NCBI RefSeq assembly: GCF_001194135.2
Contig: NC_068991.1
Coordinates: forward strand, 21,044,798 to 21,080,982
DNA: 36,185 nt
Direction: 5' to 3'
From: Octopus bimaculoides
Lineage: Eukaryota
Shown here: positions 12,200 through 24,105 of the stretch, one piece after another
How positions within the stretch are numbered: position 1 is the stretch's first letter
Layout: each line of letters begins with the position of its first letter
Position numbers and translations under genes: made by a program
The notes under the pieces: generated by a model
Databases searched by the model: none
Seen by the model: the letters and a program-made list of their open reading frames with translations, nothing else
What the model was told of the DNA's origin: nothing

Positions 12200-12319
12200 T
12201 ATATATATATATATATCTATATATCTATATATATCTGTATGTTTGTATGTGTATATGAATATGTGTATTTGTATGTGCGTATATATATGTATATATATTA
12301 TTTAGTAAATTGGTTAGAA

Positions 12320-12354
<35 letters not shown>

Positions 12355-12573
12355 AGGGGTAGAAAATTTTCTGCCCTTATTATAATTTTAGCAATTTTGA
12401 AGGTCTTTGGTACGCAGTTTTAATTCTCATTATCATTTGTTGCCGGTTATAAGCTGCGCTTGTGCGGTGGATTTGAAAATTTATAATGTATATGAATCGA
12501 ATACGTGTATATTCACTGTTGCACGGATGGCAAATTAATTTATTTGCACATTGATGCTGAAACTCAAGTGTAA

Positions 12574-12843
12574 GGTTATATGGCGTAGTGGTTAAGAGCG
12601 CGGGCTACTAGACCCAAGATTCAAGTTCGATTCCAAGCAGTGACCTGAAAAATAATAATAACATCGAAAATACTTTAGGAATGAGAACCCAGGTTCGAAA
12701 TTTCCCCAAGTCACCTGATGAAGGCTGGAGGTTATATCAGCCGAAACGTTGTGTTACCAACAAACAAGATGAGGACAAATATCCGTCAAATGTAAATAAT
12801 GTAAATAATGTACACAATTCCTTATCTCTTAACTATAGAACTG
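12574..12843 (+). mobile_element. tRNA-derived SINE, family E, with a hammerhead-like body
   Basis: A box tggcgtagtgg at 12581-12591, B box gttcgattcc at 12625-12634, then an (AAT) spacer, the hammerhead motif, and a duplicated aatgtaaat tail region. Confidence 0.75.
12710..12755 (+). ncRNA. Minimal type I hammerhead ribozyme-like motif (Penelope-type)
   Basis: CAC-CTGATGA-A-GGCTG(10 nt loop)CAGCC-GAAA-C-G-T-T-GTG. Catalytic core present, helix II 5 bp, helix III reduced to palindromic ACGT, helix I 3 bp (CAC/GTG) plus wobble. Activity untested. Confidence 0.65.
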
Positions 12844-13517
12844 AACTATCGAAATGTTTTTATGTTTCATTCTCTTTGAAATTGCTCTCATTCGTGTCTT
12901 GAGCTTTAACTGCCCTTTCCAGCATGTAAGGTGTCATGTTAAAGTCACCTCTTTGTGTATAAAAACGTACACGAATTTATATGAAAAGGTATATGTATAT
13001 ATGTGTGTGTGTATCAGGTTATATGTAAGTATGCATATATGTATATATATTGATATTTGTATAAAAGCACCTGTTAACTAATTTTTGTTAATTATCTATA
13101 ATTTTTTTTATATATTTGGGTAAATGAATACTGTTATGTATTCTGTATTGTTATGTGTATATATATGTGCATTCGGTGTGCACATTAGGGATTCTTTCAT
13201 ACCTTTTCTCTTATGACGGGCTACCCAATGTGTGAACATGATAACCTACCACTTGGGTTATTCCAGAAACGACTGTAAGACTTTAAATTCACATTATCCT
13301 AATTGAATTATTCTACATGACTTGATATACTCGTTCTGCCATGGTTCTTGCTTTTTCCTCTAACATAATACACACTTGCTATAACAGAACCCTAATACGG
13401 ATCCCTAGATCCAGCTTCAGCTGTAACTTGGACCCTAAATGACGACCAACTATAGCACTTATTCAGCGTACCTATTCGTTTAAATCACCAGTGAACTAAA
13501 CTCCTCCTATTCTTTAA

Positions 13518-13644
<127 letters not shown>

Positions 13645-13795
13645 GTGTGTATGTATAGGTATATATGCATGTATGTATGTATGTATGTATATTATATCAC
13701 ATCAGCACACACTTCATATTGTGAATTTGTAATGAATTTACTCTTGCTATCTGACACCCTTTCGAATTATAATGATCATATTTTTACGACACACT

Positions 13796-13966
13796 TTAAA
13801 GTTTTTGATCGTCTCTGTTATTTTTCTGTTTCGACATGTTCACGTCTTCGATTGTCTGTGGTAAAACGCGGTTTCCAGTTTCTGGTAAAAATACTTGGAC
13901 CAGAATTGAAGAAAGTATGCAACTGATTCCTATGATAATACCAGGAGTCCACGGAAATGCCAAAGC
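13796..13966 (-). CDS. Gene B terminal coding exon: TM12, LPET motif, C-tail
   Basis: atctacag|gct. Reads ALAFPWTPGIIIGISCILSSILVQVFLPETGNRVLPQTIEDVNMSKQKNNRDDQKL*; 171 nt. Confidence 0.95.
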   Translation of the reverse strand, partial: ALAFPWTPGIIIGISCILSSILVQVFLPETGNRVLPQTIEDVNMSKQKNNRDDQKL

Positions 13967-15576
13967 CTGTAGATAGAAAACTTAATATATTAGTGAAATT
14001 ATATCAAATTAATTTATCGATAGAGATAGCAATCCGACCAATCAGGAAAAGATATGATTTCAAACAATGGAAACAAATGTTTTTAATTAATGTATTTAAT
14101 TATCGATGGAAGCAGATTTTTCTGACAGACGCATCAGTCTTTATACAAAGATTTAGAGAGGAACAGAGATACGTAAAGAGGAAACGCAGATAGGTAGGAG
14201 AAATCTCGTTTTAGAGAGAGAAGACAGTTTTAGTAATAGAAATACCTTTAAAATAGTTTTAAAAGAATGGAGATGATTTCTCTACAAAGAAAGAGTGTTG
14301 AAAAGGATGGAAACTACGATGAACAAGAAAGTATGTTGTACATTAAAATGAAGGAAAAGAGAAAAGTGTATTGTATTGAAATCAAATTTCCCATAAACTT
14401 AATTGTTTAATAATCATGACTAAAGAGGGAAATCACCCTTTTCTGTAATCTAATGCTTAGTTTCAGGCACAATATAATGGACTGAATAGGAAATCTTCAT
14501 TCCAAAAGGCTCGTTTTAGTCTGTTTTTCTCAGATTATTTCGAAATAGTTAAAAACATTTAAAACGGTCTTTCTTCGAATACTATCGTGGACAAACAATC
14601 GGGTCACCAACTCTCACTTTGAAGGGTATGCCTTTGCTATTCAAGAACAAGAAATAGCAACCAAATTCCTAATAAACAAACGGGACAGAGAGGCGGGCAA
14701 AGCGCCACAATGTAATAATCGATGCAGACTTATGTTTATATATAAGGAAAGAGATTACATATAAATAAATAGTAAAAGAATTTTAGAGATAGATATATTT
14801 CACATGTGTCTGTGTATTTGTATCTGTTGTTCAATGAAATGTTATTCGTGACAGTCCGTATGTATTTGAAAATCTTGCTAACAGTTTAGATTAAAAGACT
14901 CAGTATTTTCTTACCAAGAGTTTGAGGAAAGGTGATACCATACATACAAATCGCATGAAAGTTGTAACAAAACCACTTCCAAAAGTTCTACAATAACAAG
15001 AGATTTACAATTAGAAACAATGCTTTGTTAAAATACATAAATCAAAAATTAGATCATACAAATGGGAAGGTTAGGAAAGATAGAACAATGGGCTAAATTC
15101 TTTGGAAAATGTTTCGTTTGTTAAGTCTGTGCTCGAATGCAGCTACAACATTGTGCCTCGTCTCTCTTAGTCTAGTTTCCTACAGGCTCCAAGCACGAAC
15201 CAAACTTCAATAAAAAATAAACCAGTTGTAACTTATCTCATATCTTGTTTTGATACAATGACTTTGTGGTTTTAAGTTGCAAATTTGAAAGCGAAAAATT
15301 TTAAATGTATTCATGAAATTAAATAAAGTTGGTTAGGAAACAATTTTAAGTACCTACATCCGCAAACTATAGGTAGATAGATAGTGCCATTCTAATATAT
15401 ATATATATATATATANNNNNNNNNNNNNNNNNNNNNNNNNNNNNNNNNNNNNNNNNNNNNNNNNNNAAAATCCACTATCACATATAGAAAAATTAATAAT
15501 TAAAAGTACAATAAATGAGTATAATATAAAGTAAAGTAAATATCATAAGATAAATATAATAAATATAATATAATAA

Positions 15577-15620
<44 letters not shown>

Positions 15621-16711
15621 CAATAACTCTTTACCGTATGCGTGTAGGATAGATTTCTGAGGTGTAGATTAAATCACCACAGGAGGCAGCACTCACTTGA
15701 GCGGTTGCTAACGTATACAAAATGAGGATGGCGTATTCCGTCGCTTTACTGCTCTCTGAAAGAAGAAGATACGTTAGAGATGAAAAGGGATTTAGTTAGT
15801 ATTTAGATCAAAAGTTCATTTAATGAAACGGAAAATAAAACACCAGAATAATGATATAAAACATAAAAATAATGATTTTTCTAAATGTAAGCGTGAGTCT
15901 ACACTATTACAAAAAATGTAAGTACTTGTCTGTTTATTCCGTTGACCGTTTCTTATCTTCTCTCTATATATTAAACCACGGTTTTACCTTTAAATTACCT
16001 ACTACCGTATACCTTATAACGAAGACTATACATAGTGAAGTAATACACCAGGAGTGCCTACGGATACATCTATCCCTTAGATGGTTGCATAACCTCTAAC
16101 TTATATCTTGTTTATATATATATATATAATTTTCTCTTGCCCGCTTTCTCCTCTGCTTGTTGTTGACACGTGACCGTAGGTGACCGGTCCTAAATTCTTT
16201 GTGTCCCACTGGTACATATCTTGCGATTTGCTGTTTTTCTAATCCATTAGGATTGCCCTCGATTGCCTTCTCAGCGTTACCCATCATTCCTGCTTTTGGA
16301 GCCCTGAGGCTCTATTTTGCCCGTTTCTTATCTATTTTGTCTCCGTCCTTTGTCCATCGTCTTAAATTGGATTTATTCACTTTCGTACATATACTTCTGT
16401 ATCGCTTGCTATCCATGTATTGTTTGCTCTCGGCCTTGTACTCTCTGCAACTTCTGCGAGGACTGCCAGCATTGGAAGCAATTTAATCTTATCATTACTG
16501 GTATGAAACTGAGTAATACCATCTGGTCGATAATTGATAAAGAATTAGGGACTTTCTGTATCTGTCTTCTGTCCGTTCGTGCACTCAGTATACGTTATAC
16601 GTTTTTTACTTATATTTCCAATATATTCTTCATTTATGATATATATATATATATATATATATATGCATATACACATAAAACACTCAGACCAAAGAAAGGA
16701 CGAGTAGAGTG

Positions 16712-16752
<41 letters not shown>

Positions 16753-18056
16753 TAATTTCTCGGCATAGTATAATTTCTGACAGTTTAAATCGCGTAACAA
16801 TCATTAGGTTATACATTCTTTACTCAATTAGTTCGACCTAATTATAGATGAGTGTTTGTAATTAAGCGTGGTATGTGGAAGGAACGATGTATTCATTATG
16901 TCGTAATAGCAAACTGATTTGCCCTTATGAAGTCGGCAATGGAGAACTAAAAGTGCGGTGTCATTTGTTTCAGTTTATCAAATCAGAATGTTCGATGTTA
17001 ACGACAACCAACTGGATATAAATGCTAATACTAATTAAATTTCCATTAAGCCCCACTATAACAGCAACAAAGCAATAAAAGAATCAGGCGAGAGAATGTC
17101 AATGAAATGAAAAAGACGAAAATATAGAATACATATTTCGAAATTACCAGCCAATAATTTTAGCAAGGATACAGATACAAGAAATACAGTAGCAAGTGTC
17201 TTCAGGAAGTGTAATGATATTTTGTGACCGAATCTATAAATGGAAATATATACACATATATAGCAACAAGAAAATGGAAGGGATTAATAGGTGGTATTCA
17301 TCAACTTGCAGACATTGTATTATGTCAATTTACTTGTTTATTTGTTTACTAAAAGGACAATAATAACAATATACAAATACATGTGATACATTATGTCATA
17401 CCAGTAATTATAAAAATAATAACATATAGTAACAGAAAATGGGATAACATCTTACAGCTGTTTCCGTTCAGATGTGACATACCTCAGTCTATCTTTATTA
17501 CTCTAGTAGACTGAAGTAATTAATAGATGAAATAGATGAAATAGAGGTACATGGATGATTTTTTAGGCCTCTTCAGAGATTTTATAAAGTTCATAAGGTT
17601 AAGTTATAAATATAAAAATATAAAAATATAAAAACCGTAAAAAACACTAGTATAATAATAATTGAGTATTCTTCCAGCAGTATATTGGATAGATATTATC
17701 CCTTATTGGGTTGGATTCACAACCCCTAACTTTCTTGGATTTATATATACATACATACATACATNNNNNNNNNNNNNNNNNNNNNNNNNNNNNNNNNNNN
17801 NNNNNNNNNNNNNNNNNNNNNNNNNNNNNNNNNNNNNNNNNNNNNNNNNNNNNNNNNNNNNNNNNNNNNNNNNNNNNNNNNNNNNNNNNNNNNNNNNNNN
17901 NNNNNNNNNNNNNNNNNNNNNNNNNNNNNNNNNNNNNNNNNNNNNNNNNNNNNNNNNNNNNNNNNNNNNNNNNNNNNNNNNNNNNNNNNNNNNNNNNNNN
18001 NNNNNNNNNNNNNNNNNNNNNNNNNNNNNNNNNNNNNNNNNNNNNNNNNNNNNNNN

Positions 18057-18112
<56 letters not shown>

Positions 18113-18871
18113 TGTCTGTCTGAGGGAGTGAATGAACAGGCTAGTAGCAGTAGTGATATTTAGTAGTGGACGGACGTAGGGTTGAGTCGTAAGGCGTCGC
18201 ATGTGTGAGTGCGTGGTTGGCGTTGTGTGTGCACGTATGATTGTGTGAGTGTCTGTATACGGGCGTGTGTGTATATGTGTGTATGCGTTTGCATGTGTGT
18301 TTGCGTACGTGTGTGTGTGTCGGTGTAAGTGAGGAGATTTGTAAATGTAAGGATATGGAAACGTGTCCGCGCAGTAGATATGTATAGCAAGTTAGGCATA
18401 TAGGCGTGTGAAAGTGTGTAGAACATAGAATAAAAAATTGAAAAAATTGAAAAATAATAAAGAGGAGAAATATTTTTAAAGAATTTTAAATAATAATAAA
18501 GTAGGGACAGTAAAACAAAGAATGCGAGAGAAAAGAAAATTGGAAACTGTTTCAAGGAGGGCGTATTAAGTTCATCGTAGTATGAGTTCCTAGTGTGAAA
18601 ATGTACCGTTGCTCCTGACGTAGTCTGATGGTGGTGGTTCCACGGTGTAAGGCCAGGCCGAAGAATTCGGTGGAGTGACCGGCTGAGTAGAAGTGACGGG
18701 CCGATAATGTTTGTGTGTGTGTATGTATGTATGTATGTATGTATGTATGTATGTATGTATGTATGTAGATAAATAGATAGATGTATTTAGAGTAAGGTCT
18801 TACAATGTACAGCCACATATTAAAAATATTAAATGGATTGACGAGTTAATCAATACCAAAATTCTATCATT

Positions 18872-18902
<31 letters not shown>

Positions 18903-20540
18903 AAGAAGAAGAAGAAGAAGAAGAAGAAGAAGAAGAAGAAGAAGAAGAAGAAAGCGTTTAAAAAAAGGCATCAAATATTCAAACACATTTAAAACATTTC
19001 AAAGACATTCTAAACCTTCCGAAGTTTTTCAAAAACATTTCACCTGTGTACATGTAATCAGTGAAGAGAATAAAATTCGATGTTTCGAAATTAGCTCTCT
19101 TGTAGAATTTTAAAATATTGAATGTCTTTCAATAAGTACCGTGCTTACTTACATTAGAGTATAACCTAATATTTGGAAATTAACTAAGTTATTAATAGTA
19201 TTTATTATTATCTTTAATAAAAATTCTTTAACGAAATAATGTTATTTGTTATGTCTATTTCAGAGGATATCTCTTTATATGACGTTAAGTTATAAGAACC
19301 TCATCACTGTTAAGGCGAAAATCTGTAAAAGGTACTTACTCGTAGGAAGAAATAACCATCAGCATCATTTTTGATGTAAAAATTGTCTTAATGATATGCA
19401 AAATAACAGTCATTTAAAATTGCTTGTATCAGTATCATTCTTACTAAACTTTCAGAACTCAATATTTAAAATAATTCCATTTCAAAAGTGTATGTATCTG
19501 TAATTTCACTTATTGTTTATCACATTAACCCAGTTATTTTTTCCTGCCTACCCTGGCACTTCTACTCATTCATTAAACTGCATCTGGTAGCGTGGTCATG
19601 GATCGAGAGTTCCTACGTTTGGAGGAGTAGGGAACTACCTTTTAGCCAATATTGCTCCAAGATTAACTCCGACCCAGATTAGTAACACCTTTCAGAGTTC
19701 CCGCTATAAGCTCATTAGCATAGGAAGAAACTCCAAGCAGAAACCCTCATTCCCTCGTGATTGTCTTGAGAAAGAAAAGTGTAGCCAACCATGACAGGAT
19801 CAAAGGATGGGATCCCTCAAGTAGTTCAGCGCCCTCTTTGACACCCTTCCAGCAACTCCAGCCCTATAAGACCATTCACCTAGATGGCTACTCCAATGTA
19901 CAACTAATAGCTTGCTGGTCACTGCAGCCGTCTTAGCCTACTGAGCCACAGTAGTTAGACCTTCAAGTCTAGAGAGTGGGTCTGGATTGCGTGGATGGAC
20001 TCCTACTTTGAAACTATATGCAAGTAGGAAGATAAGCCTTGCAGTGTCAAAGATTGATTTACATGGTCACTTGAGGGTATGCCACTTTTCCAAACATGAT
20101 CTTCAGACACGAAGTAACCGCCATCATCAATCATGAAATCACTACGGAATGTTAATTTTTGATTAATAAGTCGGCGAGCTGGCAGAAACATTAGCACTCC
20201 GGGCGAAATTCTTAGCGGTATTTCGTCTGCCGTTACGTTATGAGTTCAAATTCCGTCGAGGTCGATTTTGCTTTTCATCCTTTCGGGGGGTCTATAAATT
20301 AAGTACCAGTTATGCACTGGGGTCGATGTAATCGACTTAATCCATTTATCTATCCTTGTTTATCCCCTCTATGTTTAGCCCCTTGTGGGCAATAAAGAAA
20401 TAAGGAATGTTAATTGTTGCTTAGGAAAAAGTCTGCAAACGTACTTATTCCATCTAATTATATCTGATGCAGAGCAAAGTTTATTTCTTCGGGATTCAAA
20501 TAGAATTATGTGTGTAAATGACTAAGTGGCATTTGGTTTA

Positions 20541-20582
<42 letters not shown>

Positions 20583-23500
20583 CTTCTATCGCTCTAATTC
20601 TTCCATTCATTTCATTCATACAATATTGATAGAATGGCTCACCTTTTAGCTATAACAGTGTAAACCCCGACTGAAACAGTATCAAACATAGACATCAAAG
20701 AAAAGTTTAGATACATGTTACCAACAAGAACTTCCAGCATTTGTACAATACTGTTCCATGCTGTTACATTTACAGCCCTATTGAAAACAAAGATAAACTA
20801 CATTAAATTACGCTACAAATATCACAGAAAATGTCTAACAAGGTAAGAAAACTCATTTTAGCCGCACTTAAATCCAACAAATCAGATAGGTAACAATATA
20901 TTCCATTACGCAGAAACACACACACACTCGCACACACACCACACACACGCACGCACGTATACACACACACGTGCACACACACGTGCACACACACGTGCAC
21001 ACACAAATCACACGTACACATACGCACATACACACATGCATACATAGACACACAAAGATACAGCTTCACTCAGAGAGACTCACAACCAAAGACAAACACG
21101 TGATATACAGAGTTTGGACAAAATAATGGAAGCACCTTAAAATTTCAAAAAAAATTTATTTTAAAATGGGGTAGGACCGCCTTTGGCAGTAATTACAGCT
21201 TGAATTCTACAAGGTATGGACTCGTACAAAGTTTGGATTGTTTCCAAAGGAAGTTTTGTTCATTCTTCAGCTAAAACAGTCTCCCGTTTTTGTAGTGATG
21301 ATGGTGGAGGATATTGACTCCTTCCTTGTTTTTCTAAAATGCACCATAAATGTTCAATAATATTGAGATCTGGGGGCTGTGGTGGCCAGATAAGATGTTC
21401 AACTTCACTAGAATGTCCCTCGTGCCATTCAGTAACAATTTTAGCTCTGTGAATTGGTGCATTATCATCCTGAAAGATTGCGTTTTCCTCTGGAAACAAA
21501 CAGTTCTGCAACCACAAGATGAATTTGATCAGATAAAATGCTAAAATAGTCTTGACTATTTATTCTGCCATGAAGGGAAACCCTTGGCCCGGCGGATTTC
21601 CAAGATATAGCCCCCCAGATCATCACAGATTCTCCTCCATGTTTAACAGTTAGAAGAAGGCAGTCTAGGTCACATGCTTCTTTTGGCTGTCTCCACACGT
21701 ATCCTTGGCCGGTGGTCGGAAAGAGTTAAGGATGACTCGTCCGAGAAAATAACATTCTTCCACTGCTCTAGTGACCAGTTCTGTAGGTTTTTACTCCACT
21801 CTAAATGTTTTGCAGCGTTTGTTATTGAATGTAGTGTATTTCTGATTGCAGCCCTCCCGTAAAATCCGACTTTGTGCAGCTCTGGGCGAACAGCTTTTAT
21901 GGAAACTGGGTTCTCAAGGTGGTCATTAAGCTCTGCAGTAATTTTGGGAGTTGTACTTTGTGATCCTTTCTAACAATTCGCATGAGAGTCCGATGGCCTA
22001 TCTGAAAGTTTTGGTTTTCTTCCGGAGTTTTGTTTCGACGAGAAGGTTTTTCCCTCTTTCTCAAAGGCTGTCATTACTTTCGAGACAGTACTTCTTGATA
22101 CACCAAACATTACGACTGTTTTCGTTACGCTAGCACCTGCTATACGAGCACTAACAATTCGACCACTTTGAAAGTCCGATAGATCTATCATTTTAATGAA
22201 TTTTAATTACCTTTTTTCGATGATATCTGAAAAGAAACAGCAAAAAATAAACAAGCTTTTGACGGTTTTATAGATATTTCAAAATTATTATGCTACGATG
22301 TTAGTAGTTTCCATTATTTTGTCCAACCCCTGTATATTTATTATCTTAAGGAATATTTCGATCAATTAAAACTTTTTGCCGTAATCTAAAATATTCCTAA
22401 AGTTAACACAAAAATTTATGATGGAAGAATTGACTGAATTTAGTCCAGTGAAAAATCGTTAGTTATTTCATAGATATTTGAGAGACGAAATTATTCAAAC
22501 AGTCAATTTACAGTGAGGCTCATGTTATAGAGCAAATATTTCCAATTGAATTTGTTTCTTCTCATCTACATCACTAATAGATTTAGAAAGATATGAATCT
22601 CATAACATCATATCTCCTGATCTTACAATTTATAAAATATTGCACCTAACGAAATATTGGCTTCAAATTTTGGTACAAGGTCAACAAGTTCGGAGGAGGA
22701 GTAAGTTGATTACATCGACTCCATTTCTCAACTGGTACTTATTTTATCGACCCGAAAGGATTAAACAAATTACTTCAACAAAGTGACGTTCTTCATTATT
22801 CTTCCGATGGTTTTATGGTAACTGTTAAAGTATTACGGTTTCAGATTTTGGCACATAGCTGGAAATTTCGCGGGTAGGGATAAATCAATTAGACTGACCC
22901 CAGTGCTTATTTAATCAACTCCGAAATGCTGAAAAATAAAGTCGACATTGGCGGCTATTTGAAGTCAGACCCTAAAGGCGGACGAAATGCCGCTAAGCAT
23001 TTTGCCCAGCGTGCTACCGATTCTACCTGCTCGCCGCCTTAACTGTTAAAGTAATATCCTTTCTACTATAGAAACAAGGCCTGAAATTTGGGGTAGGGGA
23101 TAGTCGATTACATCGACCCCAGTACTCAACTGGTACCTAATTTATCGATCCCGTAAGGATGAAAGTCAAAGTCGACCTCGGTGAAATTTGAACTCAGAAC
23201 TTGTAGAAGGGCGAAATACCGCTAAGCATTTCGCCCGGCGCGCTAACGATTCTGCCAGTTCACAGCCTTGAACTGTTAAAGTAATATCAAGAAAATATTG
23301 ATACTTACATTTCTATAGAAAGAACTATGGTAACTTTTCTCAGATATGATGATTTAAAGAAAGCGAGTAAATGGGAAAACATTGAGATGTCTTTTTCACT
23401 CTCCGGTTGTGCTGTTGTGATGTCAATCGGGGCTGTGGATTCGCTGCTTCGGCATTCAGAACTGGTTTCATTTACGGGATTAACATCATCATTTGAAACA

Positions 23501-24068
23501 TCTTTCAATGTAATACTCCAGACATTATTAAAATCAACTTTGTTTTGTTTCGCAGCTTTTTTGATAATTTTCTTGGCTGCTTTTATTTTCGAATTGGCAA
23601 ATAACCACCGGAGAGATTCCTCCAGGAAACTGTAACAATGGAAAAATAATTTGGAGGTAAGCTAGCATTACAAATTACACAGATGGATGGGAAATTGCAT
23701 CTAGACATACACATATATATTTTTATTAACACACACGCACGCACTCACTCACATGTGCACATACATATGTACACATGTATGTATATATATATATATATAT
23801 ATANNNNNNNNNNNNNNNNNNNNNNNNNNNNNNNNNNNNNNNNNNNNNNNNNNNNNNNNNNNNNNNNNNNNNNNNNNNNNNNNNNNNNNNNNNNNNNNNN
23901 NNNNNNNNNNNNNNNNNNNNNNNNNNNNNNNNNNNNNNNNNNNNNNNNNNNNNNNNNNNNNNNNNNNNNNNNNNNNNNNNNNNNNNNNNNNNNNNNNNNN
24001 NNNNNNNNNNNNNNNNNNNNNNNNNNNNNNNNNNNNNNNNNNNNNNNNNNNNNNNNNNNNNNNNNNNN

Positions 24069-24105
<37 letters not shown>

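Noticed and set aside
12574-12640. tRNA-like heads here and at 2318, 7417, 20173 and 35895 as tRNA genes
   Set aside because: No complete cloverleaf or acceptor stem, and each continues into a repeat body; these are SINE heads.
14090-14200. WKQIFLTDASVF..RYVKR, faintly like a Tc1 W..V.FSDES motif
   Set aside because: Too short, with no other transposase motifs or TIRs nearby.
19330-19450. Strong minus-strand donor (gtaagta) suggesting an extra gene B exon
   Set aside because: No acceptor gives an open frame with SLC22 similarity, and exons 20643-20777 and 17148-17233 already join in phase, matching gene A.
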